A stretch of 53,159 nucleotides of DNA, filler included, from an uncultured virus (IMG/VR IMGVR_UViG_2049941000_000878) (lineage: Duplodnaviria > Heunggongvirae > Uroviricota > Caudoviricetes). It is 6 parts of one record of this genome, joined end to end, with 100 filler letters (N's around TTAATTAATTAA, not from the genome) between each part and the next. Parts side by side here need not be neighbours in the genome. Positions count along the whole stretch, not along the records: positions 17,119 to 33,324 come from IMGVR_UViG_2049941000_000878; 5 more parts are not named here. One strand, given 5' to 3'. Positions within the stretch are counted from its first letter, which is position 1. Every line of letters starts with the position of its first letter. The position numbers and the translations under genes were made by a program. Below, one piece after another: positions 20,723 through 32,192 of this stretch. The notes beneath the pieces were generated by a model. It was not told where the DNA came from and did not search any database. It saw only the letters and a program-made list of their open reading frames with translations.

Positions 20723-21148
20723 ANNNNNNNNNNNNNNNNNNNNNNNNNNNNNNNNNNNNNNNNNNNNNNNNNNNNNNNNNNNNNNNNNNNNNNNNNNNNN
20801 NNNNNNNNNNNNNNNNNNNNNNNNNNNNNNNNNNNNNNNNNNNNNNNNNNNNNNNNNNNNNNNNNNNNNNNNNNNNNNNNNNNNNNNNNNNNNNNNNNNN
20901 NNNNNNNNNNNNNNNNNNNNNNNNNNNNNNNNNNNNNNNNNNNNNNNNNNNNNNNNNNNNNNNNNNNNNNNNNNNNNNNNNNNNNNNNNNNNNNNNNNNN
21001 NNNNNNNNNNNNNNNNNNNNNNNNNNNNNNNNNNNNNNNNNNNNNNNNNNNNNNNNNNNNNNNNNNNNNNNNNNNNNNNNNNNNNNNNNNNNNNNNNNNN
21101 NNNNNNNNNNNNNNNNNNNNNNNNNNNNNNNNNNNNNNNNNNNNNNNN

Positions 21149-21485
21149 CGACGAGGTAGATCTTCCCCAGCGTGGAGGCGGAAGCCGTCGGAAGGGTGGC
21201 CACGTCGACGTAGTCCATGCCGTTGATGGCGGCGAGAAGCTGGTCGACCTCGCTCTTGGTGTAGTAGTCCGCCAGCGACTGCACGGCGGTGTTCGCCTTC
21301 GCCAGCGCAGCCTGCACGTCCGCGTCCATGTCGGTGGACGGGATGCCGCTTGCCGGCTTGACGTATTTCTGCGCGACGACGGTGGTCAGTGCCTCCAGGG
21401 CGGCGGTGAGCTGCGCCACCGCGGTGAACCTCTCGTCCATCTCTTGTCCGGTAAATACGGACTGATAGGTTAGTTCGTTTGCCAT
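21149..21485 (-). CDS. Tail fibre conserved N-terminus
   Basis: YQS.FTG.EMD, YYTKSEVD and LPTASASTLGKIYLV motifs; follows the tail terminator gene. Confidence 0.65.
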
Positions 21486-22158
21486 TGTTCTCAATTATTA
21501 AAATTTTCGGATAATCACATCGGAGGCGACCTGCTCCCAGCCGTCGTCGCCGCGGAGGCCGCCGTCCGCGATCTCGGCGCAGTCACTTCCGGCCTCGGCC
21601 AGCAGGACCACGGAACAATAGACGCCGGCGCACTCGTCGGCGAAGCGCTGGTTGAAGGTCTGGAACTCGTAGGACTCCGGCTCGATCCCGGCGTCCCGGA
21701 GGATGCGCAGGACGTTCTGCAAGACGTCCATCCCCACGCTCTGCACTTCGACTTGGTTGGCGATGTCGTTGCGCAGGCGGTCGACATAGAACAGCGTAAA
21801 TGAATAGCGGACCCAGTCCGGGGCCGTAGCGTCGGAACGGTGCCGCCCCTGGGTCCACGCGAACACGCCGTAGCGTGCGTCCGCGTAGGAGTTGAGGCGG
21901 AACACGTCGTTCTCCACTATCATCGCCACGGCAGGCTGCACCGCCGCNNNNNNNNNNTGAAAAAGAAAATGGAATCACTACGCAACCGTTTCGACGCGAT
22001 GAAGGTCGGCGAGGTCATGGCCGTCAGCTTTGACGAATATGCCTACCGCACCATCCGTTCCTACGCCTCCGAGCGCGGCCTGGTCCTGGGCCGTGTCTAT
22101 TCTACGCAGTTAAGCCGCCAGACCCGCTGCATCTTCGTCACCCGCAAATCGTAACGCC

Positions 22159-22431
22159 ATGATCCCGCAGAACGTCCCCGCACAATACCGCAACCTCGTC
22201 AAGCTCGCAGTCGCAGAAGCGCTCACCGAGCTGGGAATCACCGCCGGAGAGATCTCCGAGCGCAACGCCCTGAAGGTCTACGGCTCATGGTTCCGCAAAG
22301 CAGTTGCCGACGGACGCATCCGCGCGCACCGCAACGGCTGCGGACGCACCTCCAAGAAAATGTATAACGTGGCCGAGATCCTCGCGCTGAAGGCCAGCGA
22401 CACGGAGTCCGCCACACTAATCATCAGATAG
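22159..22431 (+). CDS. Excisionase-like winged-helix protein
   Basis: ISER.A.K.YG.WF...V..G.I pattern; early operon. Confidence 0.5.
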   Translation: MIPQNVPAQYRNLVKLAVAEALTELGITAGEISERNALKVYGSWFRKAVADGRIRAHRNGCGRTSKKMYNVAEILALKASDTESATLIIR

Positions 22432-22432
22432 T

Positions 22433-22645
22433 ATGCAACACTCTCACACCCATCACACCCCTGCCGAGATGCAGGAAATGTGCGACTGCCTCAACATGGT
22501 ACACCGCCGCCTGTGGACATTCCTCGCCGGAGTCCTCGCAGTGTGCGCCCTCATCTGGAACCCCGGCCACATCCTGACCGCTGCGCTCCTGCTCCTGTTC
22601 TCCCGCTTCGAGTGGGAAGTCCGCGACCTCCAAACCCTCGACTGA
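22433..22645 (+). CDS. Small membrane protein
   Basis: Hydrophobic ORF packed tightly in the operon; variant at 26508-26570. Confidence 0.55.
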   Translation: MQHSHTHHTPAEMQEMCDCLNMVHRRLWTFLAGVLAVCALIWNPGHILTAALLLLFSRFEWEVRDLQTLD

Positions 22646-22646
22646 T

Positions 22647-22928
22647 ATGGACACGAACTGCAAGCCTATCTGGCAGTGGGTCGTCCGCTTCGAGTGGCAC
22701 CGGTCCATGAATTTCGACAATCCCTGGTGGTATTGGTTCAACGACGTGCGCTGCTTCAACACCAGCGCCGAGGCGGACGAGTTCGCCCACGCCGACCATC
22801 CGGAGTTCCCCGGCTTCCGCGTCAAGGCGGTCTATGCCGAGGCCATTCCGCGCCTGAAGAACGCCCTCGCATCCGCAGGCGAGGCCTACTATGGACAATG
22901 CACTGACGAACAACTTGTAACGCTTTAA
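22647..22928 (+). CDS. Hypothetical protein
   Basis: Conserved in variant 26573-26740. Confidence 0.6.
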   Translation: MDTNCKPIWQWVVRFEWHRSMNFDNPWWYWFNDVRCFNTSAEADEFAHADHPEFPGFRVKAVYAEAIPRLKNALASAGEAYYGQCTDEQLVTL

Positions 22929-22941
22929 CACTTAACCCACT

Positions 22942-23477
22942 ATGGCAGATAATCTCAACCTCTACAACAAGTGGCGCACGGCGCCGGAGAACGCGCTGAA
23001 AACCATCACCGCGGGCAACCTCAAGGGTAAGTCCGACATCAATCCGCAGTGGCGTATTCAGGTGCTGACCGAGACCTTCGGCCCGGTCGGCTTCGGCTGG
23101 TACACCAAGATCATCGAACACTGGACCGACACCGAGACGATCGGCGGCAAGCTGGAGCGCGTCGCGTGGGTCCGCGTGGAACTCTATATCAAGCAGGGCG
23201 GCGAATGGTCCGCACCTATCGAGGGCATCGGCGGCAGCAAGTACGCCGGAAAGGGCCGCGGGGACGAACTCAACGACGAGGCGTTCAAGATGGCCGAGAC
23301 GGACGCGATCAGCGTGGCCTGTAAGAAGCTCGGCATCGCCGCGGACGTGTACTGGAACACGACCAACACGAAGTACAGCGCAACCCAGCCGGAGCCGCAG
23401 CAGCAGGCCTCGACGAAGTACAAGCCAATCGGGCTGCACCCGGAGGACATCGACTGGCGGAACTGGCTGGTACAGCA
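22942..23477 (+). CDS. Rad52/Sak-family single-strand annealing protein (truncated)
   Basis: DINPQWRI..LTE.FG..G.GW and EAFKMA.TDAIS.A.K.LGI..DVY motifs. Confidence 0.8.
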
Positions 23478-23708
23478 NNNNNNNNNNAGTACAGACTTTA
23501 TCGGTGGATGCTCGACATCCCCGAAATCAAGAGCAATAAGACCAGGACAGCTTTCGCCTTCGCCCTGGAAGGTAGGCGCAGGGGGATGGACCGCAAGACC
23601 ATCACCGAACTGGCAGCGAAGTACGGTATGAGGGTCACGCCTGCTACATGGAGGCTCACCGACCAATACCTTGACAGGCTTATTGAGGAATACAATAACG
23701 AGTAAGAA

Positions 23709-24309
23709 ATGAACACTACCGACTACGACGACGACGGATTCGTGTATATCCCAAAGTGGATATACCGGCTCGACCTCACCCTCTCCGAGACCGCAGCTTA
23801 CGGCATTATCTACGTTTTCAGCCAGGAGAAGCAAGGGTGTTTCTTCGGTTCGCTGGAATACCTCGCACGCTATTGCAAGGTGTCACGCCGCCATGCCATA
23901 AACATTCTCAAGAAGCTGGAAGATGCCGGCCTCATAATCNNNNNNNNNNTCGCATCCCGGTAGCACGACACACTTCTACGCTGTGGACAAGAGGACGGCG
24001 ATGAAACTTCACCCGTGCAATAATTTCACCCGTGAAAATATTTCACCCCTCCCGTGCAATAATTTCACCCCTACCCGTGAAAATATTTCACCCAATAATA
24101 AAGATGATAATAAAGATTATAACATAGATACAGAGAGTCCTTTCCGCGCGCGCGAGGATGACGGAAAGAAGGCATACGGGACGAAGGTCCGCATGACCCC
24201 GGACGAGTACGCCAAGATCGTCAGCCGCTATGGCGCAGACGACGCCGCCGCGATGGTCCAGATGCTGGACGACTACCTCGTAGATCACCCGCGCAAGCAC
24301 TACGCGAAC
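23709..24309 (+). CDS. Replication initiator (N-terminal wHTH), variant A, in fragments
   Basis: YG.IY.FSQ....FFGSLEYLA HTH; internal iterons. Confidence 0.7.
24013..24093. repeat. Four iterons (GTG(C/A)A(T/A)..TTTCAC), putative replication origin
   Basis: Four quasi-palindromic repeats inside the rep gene, followed by an A-rich tract. Confidence 0.7.
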
Positions 24310-24414
24310 NNNNNNNNNNGACCCACTCCTTGTTCACAGTCGCTTTGTTCAGCGATACTGTCTTGTAACTTAGTGTGTCCACTGTCTTGATCTTTAATTA
24401 GTTAATAATAAAAA

Positions 24415-24450
24415 TTGCGATCCCTACACAAAATAGGGACCGCAAAGGTA
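24415..24450 (-). promoter_or_regulatory. Host rplM promoter (-7 TACCTTTG) and leader hairpin (second copy at ~25074-25109)
   Basis: TAnnTTTG plus a TCCCTA/TAGGGA stem upstream of the rplM GTG start. Confidence 0.6.
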
Positions 24451-24484
24451 CACAAAAAATATGTATTGGACAAATTTTATCCGA

Positions 24485-24613
24485 CTAGGCGATGAAGTTG
24501 GCCTGGATGAAGGCGTTGACCGCGGTGGCGACGAAGAGGAGGACGATGAGGGTCGCGACGATGACGCCGATGACCTTGAGCCTCTTGAACCAGGTCTGTC
24601 CGCTCCAGCCGAC
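24485..24613 (-). CDS. Host membrane protein C-terminus upstream of rplM
   Basis: Hydrophobic helix ending in a stop before the rplM promoter. Confidence 0.45.
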   Translation of the reverse strand, partial: VGWSGQTWFKRLKVIGVIVATLIVLLFVATAVNAFIQANFIA

Positions 24614-24623
24614 NNNNNNNNNN

Positions 24624-25040
24624 GGCCTGGTGCGGATGCTCGGGGCCTGCATACACATGGAGGTTGCCGAGGATCTTGTTGCCAAGACGGGTCTTCGGGA
24701 GCATACCCTTGACTGCTCTCCGGACCAATTCAGCGGGTCTCGTGGCGAGGATCTCCTTGGGCGTGGTGAAACGCTGGCCACCGGGATATCCGGTGTAGCG
24801 GGTGTACACGCGGTTGGTCATCTTGTTACCCTTGAGGGCGACTTTCTCGGCGTTGACGACGATGACATTGTCACCGCAGTCGACGTTGGGAGTGAAGCCG
24901 GGCTTGTTCTTGCCACGAAGGACAAGAGCGACGCGGGCAGCGAGGCGGCCAAGCGGAAGATCTGTAGCATCAATGACAACCCACTCTTTGTTCACAGTCG
25001 CTTTGTTGAGCGATACTGTCTTGTAGCTAAGTGTGTCCAC
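24624..25040 (-). CDS. rplM: 50S ribosomal protein L13 (partial; variant pieces at 24320-24382 and 25146-25421)
   Basis: W.VIDA...LGRLA, TP.VDCGD, TGYPGG and KGMLPK motifs. Confidence 0.97.
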
Positions 25041-25597
25041 TGTCTTGATCTTTAATTAGTTAATAAATAAAATTGCGATCCCTACACAAAATAGGGACCG
25101 CAAAGGTACACAAAAAATNNNNNNNNNNTGTTCCATTTGCTCTGTTTAAATTTCGTCCAACTTAATAACTTTAGGGTTCTGGGCCTGGTGCGGGTGCTCG
25201 GGACCTGCATACACATGGAGGTTACCGAGGATGTCGTCACCAAGACGGGTCTTAGGGAGCATACCCTTGACTGCTCTCCGGACCAATTCGGTGGGTCTCT
25301 TCTGAAGGATCTCCTTAGGCGTGGTGAAACGCTGTCCACCCGGATAGCCGGTGTAGCGGATGTACACGCGATCGGTCATCTTGTTGCCCTTGAGGGCGAC
25401 TTTCTCGGCGTTGACGACGATNNNNNNNNNNTGTTTTTTTGTTCTCTTTTCATCAAGACCGGAGTAGTGACCTTGTCAGTCTCCTGTCTTTTCCGCAGTC
25501 CCGGCAATCTCCCGGCAGCCAGGCCGGATTCGCATCCATCCATGGATCCGGAGATTTCGCAACCGGACTGTGCAATCTGTAAAACAGCTTTGTAATA

Positions 25598-25979
25598 CTA
25601 ACGTTTGCTGAACTGGAAGCGTCTACGTGCACCGGGCTGTCCGGGCTTCTTCCTTTCGACCTCGCGGGCGTCGCGGGTGAGGAATCCGGCGGCCTTGAGC
25701 GTAGAACGGTAAGCTTCCTTGTCAACCTCGCAGAGGGCGCGGGCGATACCCAGCCTGATGGCCTCGGCCTGACCCTTGATGCCACCGCCGACGACGGTGA
25801 CCTTGAGGTCGAACTGACCCTCGGTCTTGGTGACCGAGAAAGGCTGGTTCACGATGTAACGGAGGGCATCCTCGGCGAAGTAGCTGTCAAGGCTACGGCC
25901 GTTGATGAGGATCTCACCGGTACCGGCTACGAGATAAACGCGAGCTACAGCTGCCTTGCGTCTTCCAAGGGCGTGAATC
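25598..25979 (-). CDS. rpsI: 30S ribosomal protein S9 (start codon in the fragment at 25136)
   Basis: GRRK.AVARV, GGG..GQA.AIR and VERKKPG...ARR.FQFSKR motifs. Confidence 0.97.
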
Positions 25980-25989
25980 NNNNNNNNNN

Positions 25990-26493
25990 TTTCTGTACAT
26001 CAACTACGAAGACGGCCGAAGGGAGACGGCTCATATCACGGATAGAACCGAGGTTCTTCTCCAGCTTAGCCCTCTGGCGGTCGACCTGGAGACGCTCTCT
26101 CTTGGCGAGTTTCTCGAAAGTGCCATCCTCCTTCATCTTGTCGATGGTGCTCATCTTCTTGATGGCCTTGCGGATGGTAGGGAAATTGGTGAGCATGCCG
26201 CCGGCCCAGCGCTCGGTGATGGAAGGCATGTTGACTTCTGCAGCCTTCTCCGAGACGATGTCCTTGGCCTGTTTCTTGGTGGCTACGAAGAGGATCTTGC
26301 GGCCGGACTTGGCCAGGTCCTTCATCACTTCGGCAGCCTCGTCAATCTTGACGACGGTCTTGTGCAGGTCGATGATATGGATGCCGTTCTTCTGGTCGAA
26401 GATATACGGAGCCATTTTAGGGTTCCACTTCCTGGCGAGATGGCCGAAGTGAACGCCTGCATCAAGCAATTCCTGGAAATTTGTTCTAGACAT
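25990..26493 (-). CDS. rpsB: 30S ribosomal protein S2 (partial)
   Basis: LLDAGVHFGH..RKWNPKM and RW.GGMLTN motifs. Confidence 0.97.
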
Positions 26494-26855
26494 TGTTNNN
26501 NNNNNNNAGCGCTCCTCCTCCTGTTCTCCCGCTTCGAGTGGGAAGTCCGTGACCTTCAATCCCTCGACTGATATGGACACGAACTGCAAGCCGATCTGGC
26601 AGTGGGTCGTCCGCTTCGAGTGGCACCGGTCCATGCGCTTCGACAATCCCTGGTGGTATTGGTTCAACGATGTGCGCTGCTTCAATACCGGCGCCGAGGC
26701 GGACGAGTTCGCCCGCGCCGACCATCCGGAGTTCCCCGGCNNNNNNNNNNGGCCGCCAACGGCTGCACCCGCGCAGCGTGCGAGACCGAGGCGCAGAAGC
26801 ATGGCCGCACGATCCCGACCGACGTCTGGAACAAAGTTTTAGAAGCAATATAAAT

Positions 26856-27456
26856 ATGACACAGCAACGCTACATTGTTATCCAGGAGTGGATGCAGGAG
26901 CTGGACCTTAATGCGTCCGAACTCCTTGCATTCGCTCTGATTTGGGGATTCAGTCAGGACGGTGAAAGTGACTTTCATGGGTCGGTCTCATACGTCGCCG
27001 GCTGGTGCAAGGTAAAGGAGCGTCAAGCGAATGAGATCCTGCGGAAGCTGACCGAAAAAGGTTATATCACGAAGCAGGAAAATCCGGGACATCCTAACCA
27101 CTACACCGTCACCCCTGCAAAAATCGCAGACCTGCAAAAATTGCATACCACCCCTGCAATAATTGCATACCCCACCCCTGCAATAATTGCAGACGATAAT
27201 AAAGTAGTGGATAATAAAAGAGATAATAAAGATATACAGTCCCTTCCGCGCACGCGCGAGGATTTGAACGCCTATGGCGAGTTCGTCAGGATGTCCGCAG
27301 AGAACTACGCGCGTCTCGTCACACGCTTCGGCGCGGACGACGCGGCGCGCCTATGCGAGATCCTGGACGCCTACCTCGCAAAGAAACCGAACGCCTACCG
27401 CGATCACTACCGCGCCGCCCTCGGCTGGCCGGTTCAACGCCTCCAGGAGGAGAAGC
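26856..27456 (+). CDS. Replication initiator, variant B (truncated)
   Basis: FALIWGFSQDGES.FHGS..Y HTH; internal iterons. Confidence 0.75.
27114..27191. repeat. Four iterons (CCTGCAA(A/T)AAT(T/C)GCA), putative origin of variant B
   Basis: Four palindromic repeats followed by an A-rich tract. Confidence 0.7.
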
Positions 27457-27680
27457 NNNNNNNNNNCGTCATGGACGTATGCGCCGTCCGCGTCCACCAG
27501 GTACACCGCCTGGTCGAACTCGAATACAAACGCAGGCCCGCGGTCGATGGTGTTCACCATCTCCAGCGTGACCACGCCGTCCGCCTTCGGACCGCTGGCG
27601 GGGATGCGGACGACCTGCGTGTCGGTTGTGTTTTTCAAGTAAATCATTTCGTTAGCATAATAGCGGAGAANNNNNNNNNN

Positions 27681-27897
27681 CACGCATAACGTGTCCATCT
27701 ACGACTCTGCCAACCGGCAGAAGATCTACATCGGCGAACTCCGTCCGCGCGAGCTGGGCGGCACCTCTGACGGCACACGTCCGTCCGCCTTCCCTGCATC
27801 CGGGACCGCACCTGCACCAGCACCGGCACCCGCGCCCGCCGTTCCGAACTACAAGCCGATGTCCGGCGCTGACGAAAACGATTTGCCATTCCTTTAA
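27681..27897 (+). CDS. SSB-like protein C-terminus (probable N-terminus at 32728-32828)
   Basis: Pro/Ala linker and acidic DENDLPF tail. Confidence 0.6.
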
Positions 27898-27918
27898 TAA
27901 CCTGGAAGTGCTTGAGTT

Positions 27919-28446
27919 ATGGAAGAAATGAAAACTTGCTTCAAGTGCGGGGAAACAAAACCGTTATCGGAGTTTTACCGTCATCCGAAAATGGCGGACG
28001 GCCATCTTGGAAAATGTAAGTGCTGCACAAGAAAGGACTCCCATGAAAGATACGCCGCCTTGAGTGAAGACGAATCTTTCATGGAGAAACAACGCCTCCG
28101 TGGTAGAGACAAGTATCGCCGTCTGAACTATGTGGGAAGGTATAAAAACAGCATGAAATCGCGGGCGTTTCCTTCCCTTCGCAACACAAAGCGGCGTTTG
28201 AAAATCAAAACTCCTGCCGGCATCGAGTTACACCACTGGAACTATAATCTCCTGAATAGCGTCATCCTGCTGCCGAGGCGAGTCCATCACCGTCTGCACA
28301 CGCGAATAAAGCTGAAAATGCCGGATGGAATATACTACGAAGGTGACACCGCGCTCGATTCGCTGGAGAAACATCTTACCGTAATACAAGCAGTTTGCAA
28401 AGATTCAGGAATCGACTTCTCCGGTATTGATTTATCACATGTTTAA
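27919..28446 (+). CDS. Zn-finger/HNH-type endonuclease-like protein
   Basis: CFKCG..KPL.EFY...CK.C and HH..Y......L....H..LH motifs; lower GC. Confidence 0.6.
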   Translation: MEEMKTCFKCGETKPLSEFYRHPKMADGHLGKCKCCTRKDSHERYAALSEDESFMEKQRLRGRDKYRRLNYVGRYKNSMKSRAFPSLRNTKRRLKIKTPAGIELHHWNYNLLNSVILLPRRVHHRLHTRIKLKMPDGIYYEGDTALDSLEKHLTVIQAVCKDSGIDFSGIDLSHV

Positions 28447-28465
28447 TTTAGAATAATTCCAAATT

Positions 28466-28741
28466 ATGACCACCAAAAACCCCAAAGTACACAGCCTCCA
28501 GGGCGCACCCAAGCCGCCCACCGAGGAGGAGAAGAAGGCCCAGCAGGCGCGGTTCATCATGCAGCAGCGCGGAGCAATCGCCCAGGGCGCACTGAACTCA
28601 CTGCTGTCGAACCCCAGCCTCGACATGAAGGAAAGCACGCCGGACGACCTCGTCGACTACGCCCTCGCCTGCGCCGACGCCTACATCGAGCGCGTCTACG
28701 GATTCATCCTGAAAGCACCGAAGGAGGACGCGGCAGAATGA
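28466..28741 (+). CDS. Hypothetical protein
   Basis: Clean ORF with phage-like codon usage. Confidence 0.6.
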   Translation: MTTKNPKVHSLQGAPKPPTEEEKKAQQARFIMQQRGAIAQGALNSLLSNPSLDMKESTPDDLVDYALACADAYIERVYGFILKAPKEDAAE

Positions 28742-29155
28742 GTGCAGCCATCGGGATAGATTGCGGCAAGCACACGGGCATCGCGGTATGGGACACAATC
28801 AGCCGAGCGTTCTGGATGGTCGACACCGTACCCATCCACAAGGCGCTGGAGCTGGTCCGCGAACTCGACGCACTCCGCGCAGGTCAGATCAAGGTTTACA
28901 TCGAGGACGCACGCCAACGTCAGTACCTCCCGCGAGAACGCAACACCAGCGAGTACCGCGGGAAACTGATGGGCGCCGGCTCCGTNNNNNNNNNNAAATG
29001 AGGACGGAGATGGAGGCGGTAAATGACGTGGAAGCGAAGCGCAGGTTCAACACAATCCTCGCAGCGACGTCGTCGATGGAATCCTCCCGCTTGCTGCAAC
29101 TCGTTTTCTACGCTTCAGATGAAGAATTTGAAAAAGCAATTAAGGACCTGAAGAA

Positions 29156-29575
29156 ATGTACTGCATCGGAATAGACCCCGGAAAGAACACCGGCATCGCC
29201 GTGTGGAATACGAAGGGCCAGCACTTCTTTCATATCGCCACCATGCCGATACATGAAGCGCTGCTCTACGTCAAGAGTTTTCCGGAAGGCGACACCCGCG
29301 TCTACTTCGAGGACGCACGCCAACGTCAGTACCTCCCGCGCGAACGCAACACCAGCGAGTACCGCGGGAAACTGATGGGCGCCGGCTCCGTCAAGCGCGA
29401 CTCCGTGATATGGCAGGACGCCCTCACCGACTGGGGCATACCCTTCGAGATGGTTCCGCCACGCGCCGGAGCAACCAAGTGGGACGCCGATACCTTTGCC
29501 CGGATCACCGGCTACAAGGGACGCACGTCCAACCACGCACGCGACGCCGCACTCCTCGTTTACGGCAGGAAGTGA
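29156..29575 (+). CDS. RuvC-like Holliday junction resolvase (variant at 28738-28985)
   Basis: IGIDPG..TG.A, V..ED and H.RDA.LL motifs. Confidence 0.75.
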   Translation: MYCIGIDPGKNTGIAVWNTKGQHFFHIATMPIHEALLYVKSFPEGDTRVYFEDARQRQYLPRERNTSEYRGKLMGAGSVKRDSVIWQDALTDWGIPFEMVPPRAGATKWDADTFARITGYKGRTSNHARDAALLVYGRK

Positions 29576-29969
29576 CAACCGGAACCGCTGCGCTATTTAC
29601 AAGTGTATGGACCGCTACCAGATAGTCGACGCGCTCGGACGGCAGCGCNNNNNNNNNNAGAACAACGCACCGCCGAGCAGCGCCTGAAGAACGCGCAGGA
29701 AGCCGGACAACGCGCCGCAACTCCGCAGCAGCAGTACTCCGGTTATGGCGCCGTCGGACTCGCCGCATCCAAGCGACTCGAAGAACTACTGAAACAAAAT
29801 TGACATGGACGCACACGATTACATCCAAGCANNNNNNNNNNGCGCCTGAAGAACGCGCAGGAAGCCGGGCAACGCGCCGCTTCACCGCAGCAGCAGCAGT
29901 ACTCCGGTTATGGCGCCGCAGGACTCGAAGCAAACCGCAGACTCGCAGAACTACTGAAACAAAATTGAC

Positions 29970-30704
29970 ATGGACGCACACGATTACATCCAAGCAGCAA
30001 AGGGCGGCGCGATCATCGACCGCCAGGCAGGAGACCGGCGCGAACTCGTCCGCATCGCCGTCACCCGCGCCTTCTCCCTGAAGGGCCAGCCACTGCCCTC
30101 CGATGAGGACTTCAACTTCATGGTCGACGCTATCGAGCAGAAGATCTCCACCGCCTATCCCTACATGACCGGACAGGAACTGACGTACATCACCGAGATG
30201 GGCGTCGCCGGCGAACTCACGAAGGAGACACGGCCCACCGCATCCGCTATCTTCGGCTGGATGGCCGCATACATGAACTCCGAGGAACGCAAGGAAGCCA
30301 TGCGCACCTACCGCCGTACCCTCCAGTGGAACGACCGCCGCGACACCGAACTCACCCGCGAGGAGAAGGACGAACTCAACCGCCAGGCGGAGGTCCGCGC
30401 CCTGCGTACCCTCTGGGACGAGTTCAAGACGCACGGACGCATCCTTGAGACCGAACACTTCCGCGGCTACGTCGCTATGGCGATGGACGGCTTCACGAAG
30501 CGGAACATCATGCAGTTGACCCCGGAGAACTGGGACGCGGCACGTCAGCAGGCGGACCGCAACCGCCGCCGGTTCCAGCTCGCGTCAACCGGCCTGCGTG
30601 CCGTCGCTCCGGACGTGCCTGACAGCATCGTCAAGTGGACCATGCTGGAGATGTGCTTCCAGGGCCTCGCCAACGCGCGCTACGAACTCACCATAAACGC
30701 CTGA
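29970..30704 (+). CDS. Hypothetical replication-associated protein following rep
   Basis: 244-aa ORF directly after the rep C-terminal fragments (29659-29969). Confidence 0.55.
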   Translation: MDAHDYIQAAKGGAIIDRQAGDRRELVRIAVTRAFSLKGQPLPSDEDFNFMVDAIEQKISTAYPYMTGQELTYITEMGVAGELTKETRPTASAIFGWMAAYMNSEERKEAMRTYRRTLQWNDRRDTELTREEKDELNRQAEVRALRTLWDEFKTHGRILETEHFRGYVAMAMDGFTKRNIMQLTPENWDAARQQADRNRRRFQLASTGLRAVAPDVPDSIVKWTMLEMCFQGLANARYELTINA

Positions 30705-30708
30705 CGCC

Positions 30709-31143
30709 ATGACCGACATCCGCATACTCCAGGAACTCGACCGCGAGGTCTCCCACTATACCGGGGCGATCCTCGTCGCACGCAACGAAGCCGAGTCCGA
30801 CCTTTACCGGTCCTGCCTCTCCGTGGCGCAGCGCATCCTGACGCGCGTCCGTGACTGCGACCGCACCGCCGAGGACGAGACCAACTACGCCACCGCGCAG
30901 GTGATCGCACGCCTCGACAAGGCNNNNNNNNNNAACTACGAACTCACCATAACCTCCTGACGCCATGACACACGACGAGACCAACTACGCCACCGCGCAG
31001 GTGATCGCACGCCTCGACAAGGCGTACAACCGTACCAAAGAGCCGTACATCCGCGACCAGATACGCCTCGCCATACGACAGCTCCGCAGGCTCATCGAAC
31101 CCACCACCATCGACAACGAACCTATCGACATCTTCAACATTTA
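30709..31143 (+). CDS. Hypothetical protein (overlapping variant fragments)
   Basis: DETNYATAQVIARLDK shared between fragments. Confidence 0.45.
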
Positions 31144-31155
31144 ACTCATACCATC

Positions 31156-31464
31156 ATGGAAAACCGATTCTTCATCACCGAGGTCTACATCCCCTCCGGA
31201 TGCCGGACGATGGAACACAACCTCGCAGCCGTACCCAGAAAGTACGTCGACCACATCCTCTCCTATGACGCCATGCTCCGACTCGCAGACGAGGTCGCAC
31301 AAACGCAGGCGCAGCTTCTCAACGAGAACCGCCGGCTCAAGCCGGTCGACATCTCCATAAACCTGGACGGAGACACCGACCGCAGCCACCTCGCGGCCTA
31401 CCGCTACTTCCACATCGGACAGGTCTCCGTCAACTTCCGCTACGTCAAGGGCGAAATCATCTAA
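31156..31464 (+). CDS. Hypothetical protein (variant at 32033-32180)
   Basis: Complete ORF with two copies. Confidence 0.65.
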   Translation: MENRFFITEVYIPSGCRTMEHNLAAVPRKYVDHILSYDAMLRLADEVAQTQAQLLNENRRLKPVDISINLDGDTDRSHLAAYRYFHIGQVSVNFRYVKGEII

Positions 31465-32192
31465 ACCGCATACACCATGACCATCGTAAAGAACGGAACG
31501 CCNNNNNNNNNNAGAACCACAAACCATCGACAACGAACCTATCGACATCTTCAACATTTAACTCATACCATCNNNNNNNNNNNNNNNNNNNNNNNNNNNN
31601 NNNNNNNNNNNNNNNNNNNNNNNNNNNNNNNNNNNNNNNNNNNNNNNNNNNNNNNNNNNNNNNNNNNNNNNNNNNNNNNNNNNNNNNNNNNNNNNNNNNN
31701 NNNNNNNNNNNNNNNNNNNNNNNNNNNNNNNNNNNNNNNNNNNNNNNNNNNNNNNNNNNNNNNNNNNNNNNNNNNNNNNNNNNNNNNNNNNNNNNNNNNN
31801 NNNNNNNNNNNNNNNNNNNNNNNNNNNNNNNNNNNNNNNNNNNNNNNNNNNNNNNNNNNNNNNNNNNNNNNNNNNNNNNNNNNNNNNNNNNNNNNNNNNN
31901 NNNNNNNNNNNNNNNNNNNNNNNNNNNNNNNNNNNNNNNNNNNNNNNNNNNNNNNNNNNNNNNNNNNNNNNNNNNNNNNNNNNNNNNNNNNNNNNNNNNN
32001 NNNNNNNNNNNNNNNNNNNNNNNNNNNNNNNNCCTCAACGAGAACCGCCGGCTCAAGCCGGTCGACATCTCCATCAACCTGGACGGAGACACCGACTACA
32101 AGCACAGCCCGGCCTACCGCTACTTCCACATCGGACAGGTCTCCGTGTCCTTCCGCTACGTCAAGGGTGAAATCATCTAAACCGCATACACC

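Noticed and set aside
24476..24485. TTTATCCGAC shared with the integrase upstream region (14282-14291) as a possible attB
   Set aside because: Only 10 bp, which is expected by chance in 53 kb, and there is no junction evidence
24320..26493. Phage-encoded ribosomal proteins
   Set aside because: Normal host operon order and promoter, with no contiguous junction to phage DNA
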